NCBI GenBank assembly: GCA_963702005.1
Contig: OY969696.1
Coordinates: 4,032,001-4,096,000, forward strand
Source of the DNA: Candidatus Aminicenantes bacterium
Lineage (GTDB): Bacteria > Acidobacteriota > Aminicenantia > Aminicenantales > JAFGBC01
Length of the DNA: 64,000 bases
Direction: 5' to 3'
The notes under the pieces were generated by a model, which saw nothing but the letters and a program-made list of their open reading frames with translations, was not told the DNA's origin and ran no database searches. This document shows, piece after piece, positions 22,520 through 32,122 of the stretch. The position numbers and the translations under genes were made by a program. Within the stretch, counting starts at the first letter, position 1. The number at the start of each line of letters is the position of its first letter.

Positions 22520-22799
22520 CCGGTGTCTGGGAAGACCGGATATGGGCTGGCCGCCGGCTCTCTTCCTCCAGAGTCTTCAGGTCATAAGGATCGAACCGCC
22601 GCTTCCAGCGATAAAACGTTTGGGCGGAGATCCCAAAATAACGGCAGGTCCGACGGGCGTTCCCGTATCGGCCGTAATACTCGAACCAACGCAGCCGCTT
22701 GGCGGCTTCTCGCGTGATTGTCCCCTGACGAACGATGGACCGGATGTACTCCGAGCCTGGGATGATGAATCCATGGTTTGCAGGGGGCTTTACGTACAT
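22520..22799 (-). mobile_element. Truncated IS481-like transposase (N-terminal HTH only)
   Basis: AAKRLRWFEYY...NARRTCRYFGISAQTFYRWKRRF...LEEESRRP; no DDE domain. Confidence 0.75.
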
Positions 22800-22826
22800 G
22801 GCGACACCTATCATAGCCCATGGTGT

Positions 22827-23361
22827 TGGCGCCGTAGCCGCCGCCAACGCTCACCATGCCGACTTCGATGAGCGTGAGCCCAATCAACGTCACCACCGTG
22901 CCGGTGACAATTGGCGTGATCACCGCGCTCGCGTAGCGAATGAACCGGCTGGCGAGCATCACAACGAACTCTCCGGCGAAGCACAGCCCGAACACGACGC
23001 CGAGCGCACGTTGCGGGCTCGCGCCGGAGGCCATCACGATGCCCGCCGCGGAGATCACCGGCGCGATGAACGTGAAGCTCGTTCCCTGAATGCTCAGCAG
23101 CCCGGAGCCCACGGGCCCGATCTGGCGTGTCTGCAGAATCGTGGCGGCATCGGACACGAACAAAGACATGCTGACGAGATACGCCGTCTCCGCCGCACCC
23201 AGTTTCAGCGCGCCGGCGATCAGCAGCGGCGGCGTCACCATGCCCACGAACGTCGCGAACACGTGCTGAAGCGCGACGAGCAGCGTCTTCTACAGCGGCG
23301 GGGAATCGTTCAGACCATAGATGAGGTCCGTGCTCGCGGCGGCAGGCTTCTGCGCGGCCAT
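22827..23361 (-). pseudogene. Xanthine/uracil permease (NCS2) N-terminal fragment with an in-frame TAG
   Basis: DLIYGLNDSPPL*KTLLVALQHVFA...GSGLLSIQGTSF...IVTGTVVTLIG; TAG at 23290-23292; truncated at the IS fragment. Confidence 0.85.
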
Positions 23362-23375
23362 GCGTGGCTACGGCG

Positions 23376-24509
23376 TCACTTGTCGTACGGAGGAGTGCGG
23401 TCGCGATATCTCGCCCAGTGCCCGACGATCTCGTTCACCACCACCGAGCCCACGCGATACGCCGCTTCCACCGAAGCGGAAAGACCTACGTATCCCTCGT
23501 TCTCGCGCAACAGGTGTTCGGCTGCGGTCATGCCGCCCGGCGGCTGCATCGTGAAGTTGCTGGCCGTGCGCAGAACCATCACCCGGTCTTTGTTCACCTT
23601 GCCAGTGGGATGCAGATACGTGAGCGCCCGATACGTACCGGTGTCTTCCATCGCGGAGGTGACGAAGTTGCCTTTGCCCTCCGTCCAGTAGCTCACCCAG
23701 CGATCGGCCCACTCGTTGAGAATCTTTCCGTGCCAGAACGTCATGGCCGCCAGGTTGTCGCCCTTCAGCACGAACGGCGGCTTCTGCGCATTCGGATAGC
23801 CGGTGTATTGCGCGCGCTCCTTCTGCAGCGAAGGGTCGTCATCCAGCACGACGTTGCGAGTCATCTGATACGCCCACTCGGTGAGCGCGCCATTCAGATG
23901 AAACATCTCACCGGTGGGCTCGGGCTTTTTCGGGTCGTAGGGCTTGCGCGTGTCGCGCGCGAAGTAACCCGTTGGCCAGTCCGGTGGCATCTCGCGCGCG
24001 TCGATCTCGTGTGCGAGATCGCCGTCGACGAGATATTCAGCCCAGGCGGCGGAGCCGATCGAGGCATCCTGCGGATCCACGCCCGCGATGCCGGCCACGA
24101 GCCAGTACGCGTGCGAGAGATCGAAGCGCGGGTCCGTGCCGAGCTCCATCACCGCAGTGGCAGAGTTCGCCGTGCCCATGCCGGTGACCATGCCGAGCAC
24201 GCCGGTTTCGCGATTGAAATAGAGGTCGTGGTGATGGGCGAACAGAAAGCGCTCGTTGAGCTTTTGCCGCTCGTGCCACAACTGGAATTCGCCGGCGACA
24301 TCGCCCGAGTCCGCCCCGATTTCAAACATCGTGACGACCACGACCCTGACCTCGATCGGCCTCGTGTCGCTCGCCTTCGCAGGCGTGGCGGCCTGCATTC
24401 CGGAAGTGGACGCACAGCCCGCAAGCACACACGCTGCTGCCGCCACCAAAGCGGCACGCAGCAGCGTGTGAAGCCTGAAGGATAGGAAATTCCTTTTTTC
24501 GTGCAGCAT
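23376..24509 (-). CDS. Purine nucleoside permease (NUP) family lipoprotein
   Basis: VVVVTMFEIG...GEFQLW, DPRFDLSHAYWLVAGIAG, SAMEDTG, LRTASNF; lipobox LAGC. Confidence 0.88.
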   Translation of the reverse strand: MLHEKRNFLSFRLHTLLRAALVAAAACVLAGCASTSGMQAATPAKASDTRPIEVRVVVVTMFEIGADSGDVAGEFQLWHERQKLNERFLFAHHHDLYFNRETGVLGMVTGMGTANSATAVMELGTDPRFDLSHAYWLVAGIAGVDPQDASIGSAAWAEYLVDGDLAHEIDAREMPPDWPTGYFARDTRKPYDPKKPEPTGEMFHLNGALTEWAYQMTRNVVLDDDPSLQKERAQYTGYPNAQKPPFVLKGDNLAAMTFWHGKILNEWADRWVSYWTEGKGNFVTSAMEDTGTYRALTYLHPTGKVNKDRVMVLRTASNFTMQPPGGMTAAEHLLRENEGYVGLSASVEAAYRVGSVVVNEIVGHWARYRDRTPPYDK

Positions 24510-24632
24510 GAAAACGCCGGCTTCAGGCTCGAAATCAACCCTTCCCCTCACAAAATGAGGATATCCCGGCCGTAGTCGATCGCGCCGATCGAGAGCGGCG
24601 GGGGGTGTCCGGTTCGATAGCCCCATCTTAAG

Positions 24633-25106
24633 TTATTTGCTCTTGCGGATCTTCTCCAGCGTCGCTTTGGCCTCGGGAACCTGGGCCAGGAAAGCCGTAA
24701 GCTTCTGGCAGGGGTATTCGGCGCAATAGGCGCAGTTTTGAACTTTCTTATCCCTGGCGCACTTGCGGATCTCACAGATGCGGCAATAATTGAAGATTCT
24801 CTGCGAATCGCTGGGGCAACCGTCGCAGTTGACGTCTTCGGGTTTTATCTTGGATTTAAATTGCTCCGACCACTTTTTCGCCGTTTCCGCCCGCATCGCG
24901 TCGTCGTTCTTCTGGGTGGCGATATAGGCCGGGCATTCGCTACAGGTGATCCCGCAGTAGGCTATCATTTTCTCCTGAGGCTTCTTGGGCTGACCTTCCT
25001 GCCGGGCCGATGATCTCGCGCTCCGGAACAGCAACGGGATGCCCAAGCCGGCGAGCGTCATTTTCAGACATGTCTGGCAGAACTCCTTACGTGTTTGCGT
25101 TTTCAT
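24633..25106 (-). CDS. DUF3795 Cys-rich metal-binding protein with a Tat-like leader
   Basis: RBS ggaggt; TRKEFC leader; AYCGITCSECP, CDGC, CEIRKC, CAYCAEYPC. Confidence 0.85.
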   Translation of the reverse strand: MKTQTRKEFCQTCLKMTLAGLGIPLLFRSARSSARQEGQPKKPQEKMIAYCGITCSECPAYIATQKNDDAMRAETAKKWSEQFKSKIKPEDVNCDGCPSDSQRIFNYCRICEIRKCARDKKVQNCAYCAEYPCQKLTAFLAQVPEAKATLEKIRKSK

Positions 25107-25298
25107 AGCATCACCTCCTTGTACGGTTTCCTGGCCGACAGCCAGGCCAGAGTCATTATTGTATTCCATGATACGGCGTTTCATCATCAAAAATCAAACC
25201 GCTGAACATCGCGGAACACGAGAATGGGTACAGAAGCCGGCCCTCCATGAAGTACTCGCGGGCTCAGTCCGGCCTGAGACGGTCGGCTTCGGCGGAAA

Positions 25299-26165
25299 TC
25301 AGCGAGCCTTAGGGACTTTGAGTTCGATGAGCTCGCGGACCTGGCGGACGAGCTCAGGGACGGTTGTTTCGAAAATGATCTTGCCCTTCTCTTTTGTGGC
25401 CAGAGTCGGGTCGCCGTAGATTCCGGTCGGACTGTAATTGCCCTTGCCCTTCGGGTCGCGGGTAAGGCCTCTCCGGTCCGGACGAGGGTCAAAATCCTTC
25501 ACCGCTTTGGTCATGTCGACTTTCTCGGGGGCAACATAGAGCATCATCGACGTCTCTTCCTCGTCGGCATGAGTCCCCCCTTCCTGTTCGAGAAGGCCCT
25601 CGGGAAGCTGCTCCTTCTCCTCGAACAGCCCCGTGTACCAGAGGAGGATTCCTGATTTCTCGAGTTCATCCTTGGCCTCGCCGAGGGGAAATCGAGTGGA
25701 GATGCCGAAGTTGAGGATATAGAACTTCTTGATCCCATAGCCGCTCATGGATCGGCAGATATCGACGACGAAGCTCTTGAATGTCTCCCGCCCGATGGAA
25801 ACGGAGCCGGGGTATTCTAAAAACGAGGGGTAGAACCCGTACTCGATCGTGGGAAGGACGGCCACCGGCACCTCTCGAATCACCCGGTCCCTGAGAGCCT
25901 CGGCCAGGATGAAGTCCGTGTTGAGGGGGAGGTGGGGACCGTGTTCCTTGGACCTGGCTCCCAAGGCGATGAGGACAACGTCGTATGTCTTTAATGCTTT
26001 TTCGGCCTCAACCCAAGTCAGGTTTTCGAGAAGGACGGAGCTTGTTGATCTCTGCTGAATGGCGGAAGGAGTCTTCTCGTACGGGGCCGCGGTCCAAGCG
26101 GCCGACACCCCCAACGCGACGAATAATGGAATAAAGACCGTCAAACCCCGTTTTAGGCCGCCCAT
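25299..26165 (-). CDS. Creatininase/creatinine amidohydrolase family protein, secreted
   Basis: EHGPHLPLNTD, HADEEETS, SPTGIYGDP; signal peptide. Confidence 0.9.
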   Translation of the reverse strand: MGGLKRGLTVFIPLFVALGVSAAWTAAPYEKTPSAIQQRSTSSVLLENLTWVEAEKALKTYDVVLIALGARSKEHGPHLPLNTDFILAEALRDRVIREVPVAVLPTIEYGFYPSFLEYPGSVSIGRETFKSFVVDICRSMSGYGIKKFYILNFGISTRFPLGEAKDELEKSGILLWYTGLFEEKEQLPEGLLEQEGGTHADEEETSMMLYVAPEKVDMTKAVKDFDPRPDRRGLTRDPKGKGNYSPTGIYGDPTLATKEKGKIIFETTVPELVRQVRELIELKVPKAR

Positions 26166-26408
26166 ATTCCACCCCCTCGGTTGGATAAGGAATTATTTAT
26201 TCTCGCGGGTTCCCTCTCCCATTCTTCCCATCGGAATCCCGGCGCCTTCCCGCCGAGACGTCATGGACCCAGAGCATATATTCCGGCCGAACTTGTGTCA
26301 AGGTCGGCCGGAATCCTTCCCCTTCCGATTGATCGCTCCCATTTTCTGTGATATTAAGAAAGGACGAAAATTAGCTGCTATAAAGAATCAAGCCCCGCGG
26401 GAGATGAC

Positions 26409-27767
26409 ATGAAAACGAAGCGCATATCTTATAAGATATTTATCGACATCGCCCCGGCCGTCGTTGTCCTCGCCGTCCTCGTCATCTTGACCTTCCTCGG
26501 CCCGGCCCTCAACGCCCAAGAAACCGCACAGAATCAATCCCCGCCCCGCCTCAAGTTCTCCTTCATCGAGCGGATCCGCCAGGAGAGCTCGGACAACGTC
26601 ACCAGCCTCAACGAATCTCTCGCCGACAGCTCCGCCTACATCCGCTTCCGGACGAGTCTGGCCGCCCAATGGCTCCCCTCTCCCAAGCTCGAGTTCGCCG
26701 TCAAGCTCACCAACGAAAACCGCTACTACATCGCGCCCAAGTCCGACCCCAGGCTCAAGAAAAACTACGACATCAACGAGGTCTTCTTCGACCAGCTCTA
26801 CCTCCGCTGGAAAAAGCCGGCCGAGCTTCCTTTCACACTGACCTTAGGCCGCCAGGACGTGCAGCTCGGCGAAGGCTTTATCATCTTCGACGGCGGGCCG
26901 CTCGACGGCTCCCGTTCGGCCTACTTCAACGCCGTCCGGCTCGATTGGGCAGCCGGCCCCAAGACGACCTTGACGAGCTTCTACCTGAGCCAGCCCCGGA
27001 CCGACAAGCTCCTGCCGCTCATCCACGATGTCGGCCAGAACATGGTCGAGCAGGACGAGGCGGGTTTCGGCCTCTACGGCCTGGGTTCCCTCGCCAAGCT
27101 CAATTGGGAAGCGTACCTCTTCCGGAAGACGATCCGCCGGACCGGCCCGCTCCCCGGCTCCGGGATCACCAACGTCGGCGGGAGGATCCAAGCTCCATTC
27201 GGCCCCCGCCTGTCCCTCACGACCGAGGCCGCCCTCCAATCCGGCTCCTACGGCGACAAGGATCGCATCGGATTCGGCGGCTATTTCCACATGGACTTCA
27301 AAACTCAGGCCGCCCCGCCCTGGCCGACCGTCCTGACCTTGGGGGGAATCTACCTCAGCGGAGACGACCCGGCCACATCCGACAAATATGAGGGCTGGGA
27401 TCCGGCCTTCAGCCGCTGGCCGAAGTGGAGCGAGTCGCTCATTTACCTCTTCGCCCGCGAAACCCGCCCCGCCTTCTGGACGAACTTCGTTTCCCTCCAC
27501 GGCACCCTCAATTTCAACCTCCGGGACAACCTCCGTCTGATCCTGACCTGGCATCGTCTTTGGGCGGCCCAAGCGACTCCGGCCACGGCCACCCTAAGCG
27601 GCGTCGGCAAGGACCGGGGCGACCTCTTCCTGGCCCGCTTGAATTTCGAAATCAGCAAGCACGTCTCCGGCCATTTCCTCTGGGAAAGCTTCCGGCCGGG
27701 CGACTATTATTTCCGCGGAGCCCAGAGCTACGCCTGGGTCCGCTTCGAGCTCATCTTCCGCTATTGA
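26409..27767 (+). CDS. Alginate-export-family outer-membrane porin
   Basis: Signal peptide; LTLGRQD...GEG, YLSGDDP, terminal aromatic FRY. Confidence 0.8.
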   Translation: MKTKRISYKIFIDIAPAVVVLAVLVILTFLGPALNAQETAQNQSPPRLKFSFIERIRQESSDNVTSLNESLADSSAYIRFRTSLAAQWLPSPKLEFAVKLTNENRYYIAPKSDPRLKKNYDINEVFFDQLYLRWKKPAELPFTLTLGRQDVQLGEGFIIFDGGPLDGSRSAYFNAVRLDWAAGPKTTLTSFYLSQPRTDKLLPLIHDVGQNMVEQDEAGFGLYGLGSLAKLNWEAYLFRKTIRRTGPLPGSGITNVGGRIQAPFGPRLSLTTEAALQSGSYGDKDRIGFGGYFHMDFKTQAAPPWPTVLTLGGIYLSGDDPATSDKYEGWDPAFSRWPKWSESLIYLFARETRPAFWTNFVSLHGTLNFNLRDNLRLILTWHRLWAAQATPATATLSGVGKDRGDLFLARLNFEISKHVSGHFLWESFRPGDYYFRGAQSYAWVRFELIFRY

Positions 27768-27799
27768 CCGGTCGAACCGAAACATAGAAGGAGGCAAGC

Positions 27800-29242
27800 A
27801 TGGCGCTCAAGGTCATCGTGCTGGCCGCTTACGTGGCCCTCATTATCGCCATCGGCGTCCTGCGCGGGCGCAAGACGAAATCCTTCTCCGACTTTTTCCT
27901 GGGGGGCGGGACGATCGGTCCCTGGATGACGGCCTTCACCTATGGCGCGGCCTACTTCTCGGCCGTCCTGTTCATCGGGTTCGCCGGGAAAGTCGGCTGG
28001 GGCTTCGGCTATTCCGGCCTGTGGATCGCCGTCGGCAACGCCCTGATCGGAGTCCTGGCCGTGTGGTGGATCATGGGCGAGCGGGTCAAGAAGATGGCGG
28101 CCGAGACCGGCGCCGCGACCATGGGCGAGTATCTCGAGAAGCGCTACGGGAGCCCCTTCCTCAAGCTCTTCTCGTCATTCTCCATCTTCGTCTTCTTCGT
28201 CCCCTACTCGGCGGCCGTCTTCATCGGCCTCTCCTACCTGTTCAAGCTCAACTTCAACACCGAATATTGGCAGGCCCTGATCTTCATGGGTGTCTTCACG
28301 GCCGTCTACATAGTTCTGGGCGGTTACAAGTCCATGACCATGATGGACGTTCTGTTCGGGATCCTGATGCTCATCGGCGGCATGGTTATGGCCTTGAGCG
28401 TCGTCTCTAGGACGGGCGGGATCGCCTCCGCGACGGCGCAACTCCAAGCCATCAATCCCAAGCTCACGGCCCTCGTCGGACCGCCCGGCTGGTGGCCGCT
28501 CTTCTCGCTCGTCTTTCTGACCTCGGTCGCGCCTTTCGGCATGCCGCAGCTCATCCAGAAATTTTACGCCGTCAAGGACCGGCGCTCGATCCGGATCGGC
28601 ATGATCATCTCGACCCTATTCGCGCTTCTCCTCTCCGCCGTCGCCTACTTCTCGGGGAGCGTGACCCGTCTTTTTCTTTCGCCCGAAACGGCCCCGGCCG
28701 CTTTCGCCAACGGAAAACCCGTCTACGACGCTCTGATGCCCGAGATGCTGGCCCGGGTCGTTCCCGGCCCGCTCTCGATCCTCATTCTTCTTCTTATTCT
28801 TGCCGCCTCGATGTCGACGCTGGCCGCCCTCATTCTCATCTCCAGCTCGGCCGTCGCCAAGGACTTCTACGCGGGCTTTATCAATCCCAGGGTATCGGAC
28901 CGGACCCTGACCCGGATGATGAGGGGGCTGAGCGCCCTGTTCGCGGCCCTGTCGGTCGTCTTCGCCTGGCTCCGGCCGGCGACGATCGTCTCGATCCTGG
29001 GGATCTCCTGGGGCGCGATCGGCTCGGTCTTTCTGGGGCCGTTCGTCTGGGGGCTGTTGACCAAACGGGCCAACAAGCTCGGCGCCGTCGCGGGCTCCAT
29101 CCTCGCTCTGGTCGTGTGCGTCGTCCTCTATGTCCGGGGCATGTCCTCGCCCGAAGCCGGGACGATCGGAATGATGGTCTCGCTCGCGGCCGTCCCGCTC
29201 CTGAGCCTGTTCGGGGCGCCACCTTCCCCAGAACATAAATAA
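27800..29242 (+). CDS. Sodium:solute symporter (PutP-like)
   Basis: DFFLGG, FSAVLFIGFAG, GMPQLIQKFY, AASMSTL; about 13 TM segments. Confidence 0.92.
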   Translation: MALKVIVLAAYVALIIAIGVLRGRKTKSFSDFFLGGGTIGPWMTAFTYGAAYFSAVLFIGFAGKVGWGFGYSGLWIAVGNALIGVLAVWWIMGERVKKMAAETGAATMGEYLEKRYGSPFLKLFSSFSIFVFFVPYSAAVFIGLSYLFKLNFNTEYWQALIFMGVFTAVYIVLGGYKSMTMMDVLFGILMLIGGMVMALSVVSRTGGIASATAQLQAINPKLTALVGPPGWWPLFSLVFLTSVAPFGMPQLIQKFYAVKDRRSIRIGMIISTLFALLLSAVAYFSGSVTRLFLSPETAPAAFANGKPVYDALMPEMLARVVPGPLSILILLLILAASMSTLAALILISSSAVAKDFYAGFINPRVSDRTLTRMMRGLSALFAALSVVFAWLRPATIVSILGISWGAIGSVFLGPFVWGLLTKRANKLGAVAGSILALVVCVVLYVRGMSSPEAGTIGMMVSLAAVPLLSLFGAPPSPEHK

Positions 29243-29288
29243 CCCAGGGCGCGATCCACGTCGAAAAGGAAACCCCCTTGGACCAATC

Positions 29289-30190
29289 TTAGAAACTCCG
29301 GCGGCAGATGCCGCCGCTCCAGGTCCCGACGTAGACCTTGCGGCCGGCGGAATCAATCGCCATCCAGGTGATATTATACTGTGCATAATCTATGGGAAGA
29401 CCCGGGCTGAGGTCCTCCCAGGTCGTCCCCCCGTCGCCGCTGTAGAAAACGCCGGTTCCGGCCGCAAGGACTTCGTTCGAACTGGAGGGATTGATCACGA
29501 TCCAGCGGCTGGACGACGGGCTGTTCGCGATCTTCGTCCAGGTCGAACCTCCATTCGTGCTCTTGTAAATCCCTTGATTAGAGATCCCGCCGGTGTAGAG
29601 GGTCTTGGGCGAGTCCGGCGCTATGGCGATAGAACTGAATACGGGCCCCGGGCCGGACGATGGGGAGGCGATAGGGCCCCAAGCGACGCCGCCGTCCGTG
29701 CTTTTATAAAAGACCGGAATCGAAGACGCCGTCACTCCGGCGACATAGACCGTATTGCTGTTGGAAGGGTCCAGGACCACGGCCGTCGCGTAACTGTAAT
29801 TGTCGTCCCTGATCTTGGTTTGGGTCCACTTCAGCCCCCCGTCCGTCGAGCGGGAAATCCCCATGACGGCCTTGCCGCCGACCAGGATGGAGCCGGCCGC
29901 GAGGACCCGATCCTTGTTCACGGAGTCGGCGACCAAGACCTGTCCCAGCGCCGCATATGAGGAATAGGGGAGAACTAGATCGAAGCTCTTTCCGCCGTTA
30001 ACAGACCTGAAGACGCCCCCGGCGTAGGCCGACAGATATATTCGGTTCAGGTCCGCAGCCGAGACGATGAGGCTAGAGATGGAGGAGTTCCCCGGGTTGG
30101 CACCGAGTCTCGTCCAACTGCCGCCGGCGTTTAAGCTCTTGAAGAAGCCAAAGTCGTAGGCCGCGGCATAGAATGTCCCGGCCGCGCCTC
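29289..30190 (-). pseudogene. C-terminal part of a BNR/Asp-box (sortilin/VPS10-like) beta-propeller protein, 5' truncated
   Basis: Repeated S-x-D/N-GG-x-x-W boxes; no signal peptide or RBS; abuts an oppositely oriented fragment. Confidence 0.65.
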
Positions 30191-30357
30191 GGGAGTTCCT
30201 GAGCACTGGGGCGGCGGCCGCGGCCGGCGTGATGATCGTGCCGCGCCGCGTCTTAGGCGGCCCGGGCTATTCGGCGCCGAGCGATGCGTTGAACGTCGGC
30301 TGCGTCGCCGTCGGCGGCCGGGGGTTCGCGGATACTCAGGCGGCGAGCACTGAGTAG
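30190..30357 (+). pseudogene. N-terminal fragment of a Tat-exported Gfo/Idh/MocA oxidoreductase
   Basis: Manual translation REFLSTGAAAAAGVMIVPRRVLGGPGYSAPSDALNVGCVAVGGRG...*. Confidence 0.7.
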
Positions 30358-30532
30358 CGGCGGACGGCGGATACCAACCGAGTTCGGAACCGTTCACCAC
30401 GGACTCGGCCTTCCGGCGGGGAACGGAGGGACTTTTGTAGAAAAACAAACGGGATTATGGATATTGTCTCTCATTTTGTGCGATAAATAGATAAAGAGTT
30501 TTCCTTAAGACATCTAGTTGGGAGAGGCCGAC

Positions 30533-31666
30533 ATGAGCCGACTCCGCGTCCCGATCAAGAAACCAAAGCCCGATATCGGGCACTTCCTGGCGGCGATGAG
30601 CGGGAAGACGATCCCGGAACAGGTTCCGCTGGTCGAGTATCTGATCGACAACGCCGTCATGAAGCCCATCCTGACGGACCTGTTGGGCCGCCGCTGGGTG
30701 GACGCCTCGGACAAGACCGAATACATGGGCGGCCAGATGGACTTCTCCCGGGAAAACCTGAAGACCATCGACGCCTGGCTCGACAATCAGATCGCCTTTT
30801 GGCTGCACATGGGGTATGACTTTATCCGCTGCGAGGTGAGCCTGCCCCTGCCCGCCGTCTCGCTCGTCACGCGCGATACGGCGCGGGGGAACGAAAGCGC
30901 GAACCGGGCCTGGCAGGGACTTCATGAGGGCTTGATAAAATCCTGGGAGGATTTCGAGAAGTATCCCTGGCCCCAGGTGAGCGACGACAATTTCTACATT
31001 CACCGTTATATCTGCGACCACCTCCCGGACGGGTTCGGCTTCATCACCTGTCACGCCGGCGGCGTCTATGAGCACGTCTCCCGTCTCATCGGATATGAAA
31101 CCCTCTGCTATCTGCTGTATGACGACCCGGGCCTTGTCAAGGCGGTCGCCGACCGGCTCGGCGAACTCATCTTCAAATACAATGCCTTTCTCCTCGAGCT
31201 CGACGGGCTGTCGGTCATTTTCCAGGGCGAGGACTTCGGCTACAATACCCAGACCCTGATCCCGCCGGACGACATACGGAAATTCTTTCTGCCCTGGCAC
31301 AAGAAGTTCGCGGATCAGAGCCACGCCAAGGGGAGGCCGTATTATCTCCACAGCTGCGGCGAAGTCTCCGCAATCATGGAGGATCTCATCCGGGATGTCC
31401 GGATCGATGCCAAGCATTCCTTCCAGGACAACGTCCTCCCGGTTTGGGAGGCGAAGAAGAAATACGGCGACCGGATCGCCATCCTGGGTGGCGTCGACGT
31501 CGACAAACTGGCCGGCCTCCCGCCGGATGAGCTCCGAAAATATGTCCGGACGGTGATCGACCGCTGCGCGCCCGGCGGGCGCTTCGCGGTCGGGGCCGGA
31601 AACTCCATCCCGAGCTATATCCCCGTGAAGAATTATCTGACCCTGCTCGACGAGGCCCTTCGTTGA
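30533..31666 (+). CDS. UroD/MtaA-CmuA (methylcobamide methyltransferase-like) family protein
   Basis: GEDFG, LHSCG, DAKHSFQD, LGGVDVD, GAGNSIP. Confidence 0.88.
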   Translation: MSRLRVPIKKPKPDIGHFLAAMSGKTIPEQVPLVEYLIDNAVMKPILTDLLGRRWVDASDKTEYMGGQMDFSRENLKTIDAWLDNQIAFWLHMGYDFIRCEVSLPLPAVSLVTRDTARGNESANRAWQGLHEGLIKSWEDFEKYPWPQVSDDNFYIHRYICDHLPDGFGFITCHAGGVYEHVSRLIGYETLCYLLYDDPGLVKAVADRLGELIFKYNAFLLELDGLSVIFQGEDFGYNTQTLIPPDDIRKFFLPWHKKFADQSHAKGRPYYLHSCGEVSAIMEDLIRDVRIDAKHSFQDNVLPVWEAKKKYGDRIAILGGVDVDKLAGLPPDELRKYVRTVIDRCAPGGRFAVGAGNSIPSYIPVKNYLTLLDEALR

Positions 31667-32045
31667 AAGGCCAACCTCACCCCGGCAAACTCCGTCTCGC
31701 CCCGGTCCTCCGGCTTTCGACGGCGGAACCCTGAAACTTTTTCGATTTAAAAAGGCTATGGGAAAAGAAAGAGGCCTAACCACCGAGAAGGCAGCTTCGT
31801 TTTGGCCAAGATAGTCAAAAACGAAACTAGCCTCTCGCACAAGGTCGAGAAAGGAAAGAAGTAACGAGTATAATAAATGATCAATCCTATCTTGAACTCT
31901 GTGACTGTCTCAAAAATGAAATCTTGCAGGAATCAAGGCTGAATAAGTGCTTGATAGGTACTTATGTACTAAATTCGCAGATATCTATGAAATAGCGGAC
32001 TGAAATCATTCCTTTGGCAGGGCGGTCCAAATATCTCCGCTCGCG

Positions 32046-32074
32046 TTGACTAATCGCTGGCCGGGTGCTATAAA
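32046..32074 (+). promoter_or_regulatory. Sigma70-like promoter of the amidohydrolase operon
   Basis: TTGACT-N17-TATAAA with TG extension. Confidence 0.6.
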
Positions 32075-32122
32075 ACAAGTCTTGATCAGATCGACGGGAA
32101 AGCCCAATACGGAGGACGTCCC

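Noticed and set aside
23290-23292. In-frame TAG in the NCS2 permease as possible pyrrolysine or readthrough
   Set aside because: The gene is also truncated, no pyl genes are in the window, and TAG serves as a normal stop elsewhere; a nonsense mutation is simpler
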